Assembly: GCA_036758525.1 (NCBI GenBank)
Contig: DAIOWK010000001.1
Span: 1 to 37,080 of the forward strand
Source: Myxococcota bacterium
Lineage (GTDB): Bacteria > Myxococcota_A > UBA9160
Length of the DNA: 37,080 bases
Direction of reading: 5' to 3'
The position numbers were made by a program, and so were the translations under genes. Below are positions 24,373 through 32,505 of the stretch, in pieces (the first letter of the stretch is position 1; each line of letters starts with the position of its first letter). The notes beneath the pieces were generated by a model. It had not been told where the DNA came from and did not search any database. It was given only the letters and a program-made list of their open reading frames with translations.

Positions 24373-25830
24373 TCATCCCCCGCTGTCCGATGGATCGCGG
24401 TACAGCTCGTTTAGGTACTCGACCAGCAGCCGCTCGCGGAGCTTCACGGGAAGGGCGTTCAAGACTTCGTTGATTTCCGCCATGCGTGTCGGGAGCGAGG
24501 AGCCGCGGACACCGGCCATGGCCAGAAGGCCCTGCAATGAGTCCGCGCCGAGCGGCTGGGGAGCGAGGCTCGAGAGAGACTCCTGAACCCTCGCCGCAAG
24601 CTCACCGCGCTTCATCGAGCGCGCCTCTTCGACGCATTCGCGCAGATCGACCAGCAGTCTGTCGACCCAGCGGACGCTCGCGGGGTTGATCGAGAGGTGA
24701 ATATTCTCGGGTGAGCTCTCGAAGCGAAGTTGTGGTTGAACATACCAACCGCGTTGTCGCATTTCGTCGATCACATGGAAGACACTGACCTTGTCCGATG
24801 CAAATGCGACGAGATTCATCTGCGGCCGTCCGAGCAGGCGCAGCGCCGGGATTTCTTCGATGCCCGAGGCGACGCGCTGGGTCGCGTCGAGCACCTGGCG
24901 CGCAATCTCGAGATATCCGTTGTCACCGATGAAATGAAGGGCAGCCCACGCTGCGGCAAGCGGACCGCCAGACTTCGAGCTCTGCACGGTGGGATTGATC
25001 ACGGTGTACCCGGTCCAGTTTGAGCAGGCATAGATCTGGTAGCGCCGGAGCTCCGGGCTCCGGTACAGGATTACCGAAGCTCCCTTTGCGGCAAACGCAT
25101 ACTTGTGAAAATCCATCGAAATGGAAGTCACGCCAGGCACCAGGAAGTCAAAGTCGGGTAGGGCGCAGCCAAGCCGACGAAAATAAGGCAAGAGGAAGCC
25201 GCCCATGCACGCGTCAACGTGAAGCAAGAGCTCGTGCTCCTGCGCGATCCGTGCAAGCTCAGGGATCGGATCCACCACGCCATGCGCATAGGAGACGGCT
25301 GAACCGACCATGAGGATGGTGTCCTTCGTGATGGCGCGGCGCATCGCGACGGGGTCAGCCTTGTAGCTCTGGGGATCGACCGGCACAGTCACTGGCTCGA
25401 CGTCCAGATAGTGGCATGCCTTCTGGAACGCAGCGTGGGCGGTGATCGGCAAGACGATCTGCGGGCGAAGTACGTGCGGCCGCAGCGCCCGAGCGCGATC
25501 TCTCGCACTCTTGATCGCGAGGATAATGCTCTCGGTACCACCGCTGGTGAAGTTTCCGCACACCTGCGAGTCACCGCCAAGGTGTGCTGCGGCCATGGCG
25601 ACGAGCTCGTTCTCAAGCCGTAGCGTACTCGGAAACACCGTGGGGTCGAGAGCGTTCTCGGTGAGATAGAGCGCGAAAGCGCGTTTGATGACCTCCTCGG
25701 CTGCCTTGCCAGGATCATAGACATACGCGAGAGTGCGTCCTTCGCGCCACGGTACGTCATTCGCACGATACGATTCGAGACTCGCAAACAGGTCCTCTTG
25801 GGACAGTCCGATCTCGGGGATCGTCTTCAC
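24373..25830 (-). CDS. Sphingosine-1-phosphate-lyase-like PLP-dependent lyase/decarboxylase (group II decarboxylase fold)
   Basis: WREGRTLAYVYDPG, DPTVFPSTLRLENELVAMAA and SISMDFHKYAFAAKGASVILY closely parallel the SGPL1-type segments WQEGRASGTVY, HPDIFPGLRKIEAEIV and SADTHKYGFAPKGSS (from memory). I chose the GTG start at 25830 (GTGA overlap with the SDR stop, GGAGGG upstream). Confidence 0.86.
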   Translation of the reverse strand: MKTIPEIGLSQEDLFASLESYRANDVPWREGRTLAYVYDPGKAAEEVIKRAFALYLTENALDPTVFPSTLRLENELVAMAAAHLGGDSQVCGNFTSGGTESIILAIKSARDRARALRPHVLRPQIVLPITAHAAFQKACHYLDVEPVTVPVDPQSYKADPVAMRRAITKDTILMVGSAVSYAHGVVDPIPELARIAQEHELLLHVDACMGGFLLPYFRRLGCALPDFDFLVPGVTSISMDFHKYAFAAKGASVILYRSPELRRYQIYACSNWTGYTVINPTVQSSKSGGPLAAAWAALHFIGDNGYLEIARQVLDATQRVASGIEEIPALRLLGRPQMNLVAFASDKVSVFHVIDEMRQRGWYVQPQLRFESSPENIHLSINPASVRWVDRLLVDLRECVEEARSMKRGELAARVQESLSSLAPQPLGADSLQGLLAMAGVRGSSLPTRMAEINEVLNALPVKLRERLLVEYLNELYRDPSDSGG

Positions 25831-26570
25831 CACTGCCCTCCGTCGATGCGAAAGACCTTGCCGGTGATCCACGACGCATCGTCGGAAGCAAGATATACGG
25901 CAAGCTCCCCGCACTCCTCCGGCGTCCCCATACGCTGAAGGGGAATGGATTTCACGATGGCCTCGCCGTGGACCTCGAGCATCCCGTCGGCGATGTCGGT
26001 CTTGATCAGTCCGGGAGCGATCACGTTGCAGCGAACGTTCACGGCAGCGTTCTCGTGAGCGATCACCTTGGTGAGCGCGTTCACGGCCGCCTTGGCGGCC
26101 ACGTAAGGACCGCCATTTGCTCCGCAGATGTCCGCGGCCACCGAGGATACGGTGAGGATCACACCCTTCTGTTGGGCGCGCAGGAGCGGGAGCGCAGCGT
26201 GCATGGTGTGGAAGACACCGTTGAGGTCGATCTCGAGCACGCGCTGCCAGTAAGACGGCTCGACCTCGTGCAAGGGCTGAAAGCGCGTCGGCACGCCGGC
26301 GTTGGCCACCACGATGTCGAGCCCGCCCAAGTCGGCGTGCGCGGACTGCACCATGGCTCGCACCGCATCGCCGTCCCGCACGTCGGCGGCGTACGCGAAC
26401 CCGCGACGGGCCTTGGCCTGAATCGCCCTCACGGTGGCCTCCGCAGCGTCCTTTTCACGGCGGTATCCGACGGCCACGTCGGCTCCCGCGCCTGCGAATG
26501 CGAGGGCGATGCCTCTGCCGATTCCACGCGAGGCGCCCGTGACGAGCGCCTTCTTCCCGGCCAGCTTCAT
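25827..26570 (-). CDS. SDR-family oxidoreductase (FabG-like)
   Basis: Contains KKALVTGASRGIGRGIA, NAGV and the catalytic YVAAK. GGAGGA lies 7 nt before ATG 26570; the listed start at 26585 is a TTG. Confidence 0.9.
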   Translation of the reverse strand: MKLAGKKALVTGASRGIGRGIALAFAGAGADVAVGYRREKDAAEATVRAIQAKARRGFAYAADVRDGDAVRAMVQSAHADLGGLDIVVANAGVPTRFQPLHEVEPSYWQRVLEIDLNGVFHTMHAALPLLRAQQKGVILTVSSVAADICGANGGPYVAAKAAVNALTKVIAHENAAVNVRCNVIAPGLIKTDIADGMLEVHGEAIVKSIPLQRMGTPEECGELAVYLASDDASWITGKVFRIDGGQW

Positions 26571-26621
26571 CTGGATTTCCTCCAAAGAGCTCAGTGTGCC
26601 ATAGGGTGGGGCGTAGGCGGC

Positions 26622-26627
26622 TAGAAT
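26622..26627 (+). promoter_or_regulatory. Candidate -10 hexamer TAGAAT, 8 nt upstream of the GNAT ATG 26636
   Basis: The sequence reads ggcTAGAATcctccggtATG. There is no SD; the spacer is CCTCC, i.e. anti-SD-like. Confidence 0.35.
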
Positions 26628-26635
26628 CCTCCGGT

Positions 26636-27595
26636 ATGAAGGTCATCGTGCGGGCCATGGAAGAAGGCGACCTCGCTGCGGCAGATCACGTCTTCCGTGT
26701 GGCCTTCGGGACCTTCCTGCGGATGCCCGAGCCCGAGCGCTTCGGCGGCGACTTGGAATTTCATCGCCCGCGTTTTCGAGCGGACCCGAGTGCAGCCTTC
26801 GTGGCCGAGCGAGCCGGCGAGGTCGTGGGTTCGAACTTCGCGACCGGCTGGGGCAGTGTCGGCTTCTTTGGGCCGCTCTCCGTTCGACCCGACCTGTGGA
26901 ACAAGGGCATTGGGCAAAGCCTCGTGGTGCAGGCTCTGGAGCGCTTCGAGGCGTGGGGAACGCGGCATGCGGGTCTGTTCACTTTTGCGGATAGCGCGAA
27001 GCACCTCGCGCTCTATCGCAGGTTCGATTTTCACCCCCGCTCCCTCACCGCGATCCTGTCGGCGGCACTACCCGGCAAAGACCAGATTCCTCCGCAGGAT
27101 CGTCCCGTGCCCCCGCAGCGCTACTCCGAACTCAAGCCGGCGGAACAGGCGACCGCGCTCGCCGAGTGCCGGGAGCTCGCCGATCAAATCCATCCCGGGC
27201 TCGACCTCACGCCGGAAATCTCCGCTGTCGCGAGGCTTGGCTTCGGGGATACGCTGTTCCTGCCCGACGCCTGCGGGCTCGGCGGGTTCGCGATCTGTCA
27301 TTGCGGGCCGGGCACCGAGGCGGGGAGCGGCGCGTGCTTCGTCAAGTTCGGGTGCGTCCTGCCGGGCGCAGGAGCGAGCCAACGTTTCGAGGGGCTCCTC
27401 GCCACTTGCGAGGCCTTCGCGGCCTTGCAAGGTCTAAATCGTGTGGTCGCCGGTGTTTCCACGGCGCGCGCTGAAGCCTATGGCCGCATGCTGAACCGCG
27501 GCTTCACGACTTTCCTTCAAGGCGTCGCGATGCACCGCCCGAATGAACCGGGGTATCACAGCCCCGACGCCTTGGTGATGGACGACTGGCGCTAG
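26636..27595 (+). CDS. GNAT-family N-acyltransferase with an extra C-terminal domain
   Basis: The acetyl-CoA motif A context is LSVRPDLWNKGIGQSLV. It is 319 aa, about twice the size of a minimal GNAT. Start at ATG 26636 (MKVIVRAMEEGDL). Confidence 0.75.
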   Translation: MKVIVRAMEEGDLAAADHVFRVAFGTFLRMPEPERFGGDLEFHRPRFRADPSAAFVAERAGEVVGSNFATGWGSVGFFGPLSVRPDLWNKGIGQSLVVQALERFEAWGTRHAGLFTFADSAKHLALYRRFDFHPRSLTAILSAALPGKDQIPPQDRPVPPQRYSELKPAEQATALAECRELADQIHPGLDLTPEISAVARLGFGDTLFLPDACGLGGFAICHCGPGTEAGSGACFVKFGCVLPGAGASQRFEGLLATCEAFAALQGLNRVVAGVSTARAEAYGRMLNRGFTTFLQGVAMHRPNEPGYHSPDALVMDDWR

Positions 27596-27711
27596 CTCAG
27601 CGTCTTCTTCTTTATCCATTCATTGCGATTCTTGCGCCTCCGGAGACGCAGAGAGCGGTTCTCGGAGCGGGGCGGGACGGACTGCGGGAGCGAGAGGAGT
27701 TGCGAGTCCCC

Positions 27712-27734
27712 CTTTGGACGCCTCGCGTCCAAAG
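27712..27734. promoter_or_regulatory. Perfect 10-3-10 inverted repeat (candidate operator or RNA hairpin)
   Basis: CTTTGGACGC-ctc-GCGTCCAAAG lies 13 nt upstream of a TAGAAT hexamer. No T-tract follows on either strand, so it is not a classical terminator. Confidence 0.3.
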
Positions 27735-27747
27735 CGTGAACCGGCGT

Positions 27748-27753
27748 TAGAAT
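27748..27753 (+). promoter_or_regulatory. Candidate -10 hexamer TAGAAT upstream of SDR gene 27792
   Basis: The sequence reads cgTTAGAATcgg, about 39 nt before the start. AGGAGGGAA lies just before the GTG. Confidence 0.3.
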
Positions 27754-27791
27754 CGGTTGGCGAGAGGGTCCTCTGGCCCAGGAGGGAAGTG

Positions 27792-28556
27792 GTGGCATTC
27801 CGAGGGAAGGTTGCGTTCATCACGGGTGGCGGGAGCGGAATGGGGCGGCTCGCCGCCCAGCGGCTTGCCCGCGGTGGTGCGGCGGTAGCGGCAGTCGACA
27901 TCAATGAAGCCGGCCTCGCAGAAACCGCGAAGGGCGAGGCGGGGATCCGCAGCTTTGTCCTAGATGTCACGGACAGCAAGGCGGTCGCCGAGGCGGTGGC
28001 TCGGGTCGAGTCCGAGCTCGGACCCATCGACCGCGTATTCAACGCGGCTGCGATCATGCCTACGGGTCTCTTGCTGGAACAGGATCCTCAACTCATCCAG
28101 CGGGTGATGGATATCAACTACGGCGGCACTGTGAACGTCTGCCAGACAGTGCTTCCCCGGATGCTCCAGCGTCGGCAGGGTGATCTCGTGAACTTCGCCT
28201 CCGTGGCGGGCTGGATGCCAACGCTGCATTTTGGTGCCTACAACGCCTCTAAGTTCGCTGTTGTGGCTTACACCGAAGTGCTCTATCACGAGAATCGTGA
28301 GCGGGGCGTGCGCTTCGCGTGCGTGTGTCCGCCGCCGGTAGCGACGCCGCTCCTCGATCAGGCAAAGTCGAAGCCCAAAGTACTGGAAAATCTGCCACCG
28401 ATCGCTCCCGCAAAGGTGCTCGACGCCATCGAACGCGAACTGGAGAAGGGGAAGCTCATGGTCTTTCCCGACCGAAACGCGTGGCTCTCCGTTGCCACGC
28501 GGCGCTTCCTTCCCGGCCTCCTCTGGCGGAGCATTCACCGCATCGAGAAGATCTGA
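27792..28556 (+). CDS. SDR-family oxidoreductase
   Basis: Contains KVAFITGGGSGMGR, NAAA and the catalytic YNASK. The GTG start follows AGGAGGGAA; GTG 27789 is an alternative. Confidence 0.85.
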   Translation: MAFRGKVAFITGGGSGMGRLAAQRLARGGAAVAAVDINEAGLAETAKGEAGIRSFVLDVTDSKAVAEAVARVESELGPIDRVFNAAAIMPTGLLLEQDPQLIQRVMDINYGGTVNVCQTVLPRMLQRRQGDLVNFASVAGWMPTLHFGAYNASKFAVVAYTEVLYHENRERGVRFACVCPPPVATPLLDQAKSKPKVLENLPPIAPAKVLDAIERELEKGKLMVFPDRNAWLSVATRRFLPGLLWRSIHRIEKI

Positions 28557-28669
28557 GGGAGAAGCGCCGGTCGAGGAGTGGTTCGATGAAGTTCCGGAGC
28601 GGGAGTCCGTAGGCTCGAGGGCGGCCGGACGCCGCGAGTGGAGACCCGCGAGAGCGGAGGGGAGCCGTG

Positions 28670-29437
28670 ATGTCGAACGTCCGTTTTGAAAAAGAAGGTG
28701 CGGTCGCTGTCGTGACCATCGATCGTCCGCAGGTCCGCAACGCGGTCGACTTCCCTACCGCGACCGATCTCGCAGAAGCCTTCCGCCGCTTTGATGCGGA
28801 CGGGGAACTCTCTGCGGCGATATTGACCGGCGCCGGCGGTACCTTTTGCGCGGGTGCCGACCTGAAGGCCTCCTCCGAAGGCCGCGGCAACCGCGTCAAC
28901 GACGACGGCGATGGTCCGATGGGGCCGACGCGGATGCAGTTGATGAAGCCGGTGATCGCGGCGGTGGAAGGGTACGCGGTGGCAGGTGGGCTTGAACTTG
29001 CGCTCTGGTGCGATCTGCGCGTCGCGGCGAAGGACGCCGTTTTCGGTGTGTATTGTCGACGCTGGGGCGTACCCCTGGTCGACGGCGGCACGATCCGCCT
29101 CCCGCGGCTCATCGGCCAGAGCCACGCCCTCGACCTCATCCTGACGGGCCGCGGCGTGTCGGGCGACGAGGCGCTACGGATGGGGCTTGCGAACCGACTC
29201 GTCGAAAAGGGAAGGGCGCTCGAGGTCGCACTCGCGCTGGCCAAGGATCTCGCAAGGTTTCCCCAGCGTTGCTTGCGGGGGGATCGGCGCTCGACGGTCG
29301 AACAGTGGGACCTCGATCTCTCGGCGGCCCTGCGTCACGAGACGCAGATTGGACTTGAGGTGATCCGCTCGGGTGAGACGCTCGAGGGAGCAACACGCTT
29401 CGCGCGGGGGGCGGGCCGCCACGGCGCGTTCGAGTGA
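28670..29437 (+). CDS. Enoyl-CoA hydratase/isomerase (crotonase) family protein
   Basis: Contains VAVVTIDRPQVRNA, ILTGAGGTFCAGADLK and AAVEGYAVAGGLELALWCD. GGAGGGGAG lies upstream of ATG 28670. Confidence 0.92.
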   Translation: MSNVRFEKEGAVAVVTIDRPQVRNAVDFPTATDLAEAFRRFDADGELSAAILTGAGGTFCAGADLKASSEGRGNRVNDDGDGPMGPTRMQLMKPVIAAVEGYAVAGGLELALWCDLRVAAKDAVFGVYCRRWGVPLVDGGTIRLPRLIGQSHALDLILTGRGVSGDEALRMGLANRLVEKGRALEVALALAKDLARFPQRCLRGDRRSTVEQWDLDLSAALRHETQIGLEVIRSGETLEGATRFARGAGRHGAFE

Positions 29438-29475
29438 ACCCCGGCGATGCTCGACGCGGGCGCGGCGGTGAGCGC

Positions 29476-29506
29476 GCCTCGAGACCCTGAGCGAGGCCGC
29501 AATTTT
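29476..29506 (+). terminator. Weak candidate terminator between convergent genes
   Basis: A GCCTCG...CGAGGC 6-bp stem is followed by cgcaaTTTT. The stem is short and the T-run is only 4. Confidence 0.2.
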
Positions 29507-29508
29507 CG

Positions 29509-30915
29509 TTACGCTGCGCCCGCCGCTGCGAGCAATTCTGCGAAGGCTTCGCGGATCCCGTCCACAAGCTCAGCCAAATCCGGCAGGGCATCCCAGTCGC
29601 CGTTCAGACCCCAGAACAGGCCGCCGTCGTAGCTGAACAGGGCGATGTTAAGTGCCTGACCCGGCATGAGGGGCGCCACGGGATAAGAGGCTCGCATGCG
29701 GCAACCGAGCAGGTAGAGAGGAATCTGAGGCCCCGGCACGTTCGTCACGATCAGGTTGTACGGCCGTGAGTTCGAGGCGAGCCGGATCGATTGCACGAGA
29801 ACGTTGGGCACCGTCCACTCGCTCACGGCTGTCAGCACGCGTCCCCCGAGCGCTTGTTTTGATTCTTTCAGGCCGCTCATCACCTCGCGCACCGCCTTCA
29901 GGCGCTCGATGGGATCCGACAGGGCGACGGGGAGGTCGGCCACCATCTGAGTGATTTGGTTTCCGAGGATGCCGGCCTTGCCCTTCGCACGGACGCTCAC
30001 CGGCACCACCGCCCGAATTTCGAGATCCTGCACCTTGAGCCCGCGGTGGAAGAAGAAGGTACGGAGCGCGCCGGCGACCGTCGCCAGCACCACGTCGTTT
30101 AGCGTGCCCCCGAGCGCGTCCTTCACGCGTTTGAAGTCCGATACGCGATGTTCGGTGAACTCGAACCGTCGGTGCGGGCCGATGGGCACGTTGAAAGGGG
30201 TCTCCGAGGCGGAACGAAATGCGGGGGCGAAGGCCTCGACCACCCCTTCGGCGGCGGCGCGGAGCGCGACCACCGTTTCATCAGGCGTGTTGAGCGCTTT
30301 CCTCACAGCGGAGAGCGCGTCAAAGGGTTGAGTCACACGGTGCCAAAGGGCATCCATCGAGAGCCGCCCGCGGCTCGGTGCGGGCATCGGCGTCCAGGGC
30401 TTTGGCGCGGAAATCGGTGTGTCCGGCGCAAGGTCCATCAAGACCGAGATCAACTCCGCGCCCGCAATGCCGTCAATCATGCAGTGGTGCGTCTTTGAGA
30501 TCAGTGCGAAGCGATCCCCTTCCAGCCCTTCGACGAACCACATTTCCCACAGCGGCTTCCCACGGTCGAGCTGTTGCGACATGATTCTGCCGATCAGACG
30601 CTTGAGTGCGTCGTCGTTACCAGGCCTCGGCAGCGCAGAGTGACGCACGTGGTAGGCGATATTGAAGTGATCGTCGTCAATCCAGATCGGATGTCCTTCG
30701 CCCGGCACCCAAGAGATCCTCTGGCGGAAGCGCGGTACCCGGTCCAGGCGCGCGTCAATCGCCGCCCGTACTCGATCAACGTCGAGGCCCCCCTCCGCGG
30801 TGCGAAGAGGGCCGAGCTCATAGATGAGGACGCCACCGACGTGCATGTGGTGATTCGCATCCTCAAGGCCGAGAAAAGACGCGTCTTGTGCGGTCAGGCG
30901 CTCGTAGTACGGCAT
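29509..30915 (-). CDS. Wax ester synthase / acyl-CoA:diacylglycerol acyltransferase (WS/DGAT)
   Basis: Contains the HHCMIDGIAGAEL (HHxxxDG) catalytic motif and the N-terminal LTAQDASFL. At 468 aa it has the typical length. Confidence 0.92.
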   Translation of the reverse strand: MPYYERLTAQDASFLGLEDANHHMHVGGVLIYELGPLRTAEGGLDVDRVRAAIDARLDRVPRFRQRISWVPGEGHPIWIDDDHFNIAYHVRHSALPRPGNDDALKRLIGRIMSQQLDRGKPLWEMWFVEGLEGDRFALISKTHHCMIDGIAGAELISVLMDLAPDTPISAPKPWTPMPAPSRGRLSMDALWHRVTQPFDALSAVRKALNTPDETVVALRAAAEGVVEAFAPAFRSASETPFNVPIGPHRRFEFTEHRVSDFKRVKDALGGTLNDVVLATVAGALRTFFFHRGLKVQDLEIRAVVPVSVRAKGKAGILGNQITQMVADLPVALSDPIERLKAVREVMSGLKESKQALGGRVLTAVSEWTVPNVLVQSIRLASNSRPYNLIVTNVPGPQIPLYLLGCRMRASYPVAPLMPGQALNIALFSYDGGLFWGLNGDWDALPDLAELVDGIREAFAELLAAAGAA

Positions 30916-30982
30916 GACGACCCCCTGCGAAGCCCTGGTTCACCCTAACACGCAGCGTTGCGAGTGGGGGAGCGGTGACGGC

Positions 30983-32488
30983 CTAGTACCCGAAACGGAT
31001 CAGGTCGGCGCGCTCGCGGGCGTAGGCGTAAGCGAACTCGAGTTGGGCGGCGCTCTGCGCATGGATCTCGAACAGCGACTCCCCCCGCGAGACCACGTCG
31101 CCCACCGTACGCAGGAGTCGCACGCCCGCCGCTGCATTGGCGGGTGCTCCGGCGCGCTTCGCCACGCGTGCGATCTCCAGACAATCGATTCCGCGGATGC
31201 GGCCGTCGGCCGAGGACTCCACCGGCACTCGATGGGTTGCAACAGGGGGAAGCTCGCGCGCTCCCTGCGCCTCGACGATGCGCCGGAAGGCCGCCTCGGC
31301 GGCGCCGGAGTCCAACGTGTGCTGCGCCAAGCGGTATCCGGTCGCGGGCGGCGCGGCCCCCACGAGCTCGATCACCCGCGACGCGAGAAACAGCGACTTC
31401 TCGCGCAGGTCTACGGGTGCACCCGGGTCCCGCTTCAGGACCGCGAGCACGTCCAGCGCTTCGAGGCGGGGGCCGATACCGAAGCCCACCGGGCCGGGTG
31501 CATCGGTCACGACCACTTCGATTGCGATCTCGATCTGCTCAGCCACCGCGCGGAACAGGCTTGCGAGTCGCTCGGCGCTCGCTGCGGTCCGCAGCTTCGC
31601 CCTCGGGCCGACCGGTATGTCGATGAGCGCGTGGGTGGCGCCCGCAGTCTTCTTCTTTGAGAGAATCGAGGCCACCATTTGCGCCTCCGTGTCGAGTTCC
31701 ATGGGTCGCTCGACCGTGATCAAGATGTCATCGGCAGGAGCGAGACCGAGGGCGCCGCCCCATGCGATACATGCTCCCACCTTCTCCACCACTTCACGCA
31801 AGCGCTGCGGCGAGAGCGCTACCTCGGCGACCATCGCCATCGTGTCTGCGGTGCCGGCAGGGCTCGTGATCGCCCGCGAGGACGTCTTGGGCACGCGCAC
31901 ACCAAGCGCCGCAAGGATCGGCACGATGACCATCGTCGTTCGATTGCCAGGGACCCCACCCACGCAGTGCTTATCCGCGATGGGTCCAGAACCGAAATCA
32001 AGCCGAGCGCCGCTGTCGATCATGGCACGGGTGAGCGCGACAAGTTCCGGGAGATCCAGTCTTCGAAGGGCACATGCGAGTACGAACATCGATAGCTCAA
32101 TCTTCGAGTAACGATGCCGAACCACGTCGTTCAAGATCGCCGTGAAATCCGCTGCGTTGAGTTTTTCGCCGGAGAGCTTCTTACGGACCAGGTCGACGCT
32201 GTGCGGAGCGGGAGCGATCGTCGCGTGAACAGGCGCCCCCTCGGGCAAGCCGAGGTCACGGAAGGCATCCTCGGAAAGGCCAATCTCCTGGGGTGTCACG
32301 AGCGAATCGCGGCAAAAATTGAGAACGCCAATCACCTCGCGTGTCACTCCGCCGGGAGGCACCGCCTCAACGACGCGCACCCTATCGAGTGGATGGAATC
32401 CGAGGCCGCCGGTCTTCGCGGAGGTTTCGTGGATGAAAAGCACATGCTCAGACAGCGTGTCGATGCACACGCGCTTAATCCGGAACAT
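30983..32488 (-). CDS. Thymidine-phosphorylase-family (NP-II / glycosyltransferase family 3) protein, long form with an extra N-terminal domain
   Basis: DKHCVGGVPGNRTT and SRAITSPAGTADT match the phosphate/pentose-binding segments. The C-terminal alpha/beta domain contains GDVVSRGESLFEIHA. A 90-100 aa N-terminal extension is present (MFRIKRVCIDT...). GGAGG lies 6 nt before the ATG. Confidence 0.9.
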   Translation of the reverse strand: MFRIKRVCIDTLSEHVLFIHETSAKTGGLGFHPLDRVRVVEAVPPGGVTREVIGVLNFCRDSLVTPQEIGLSEDAFRDLGLPEGAPVHATIAPAPHSVDLVRKKLSGEKLNAADFTAILNDVVRHRYSKIELSMFVLACALRRLDLPELVALTRAMIDSGARLDFGSGPIADKHCVGGVPGNRTTMVIVPILAALGVRVPKTSSRAITSPAGTADTMAMVAEVALSPQRLREVVEKVGACIAWGGALGLAPADDILITVERPMELDTEAQMVASILSKKKTAGATHALIDIPVGPRAKLRTAASAERLASLFRAVAEQIEIAIEVVVTDAPGPVGFGIGPRLEALDVLAVLKRDPGAPVDLREKSLFLASRVIELVGAAPPATGYRLAQHTLDSGAAEAAFRRIVEAQGARELPPVATHRVPVESSADGRIRGIDCLEIARVAKRAGAPANAAAGVRLLRTVGDVVSRGESLFEIHAQSAAQLEFAYAYARERADLIRFGY

Positions 32489-32505
32489 GCGGAACCTCCG
32501 TTGGG

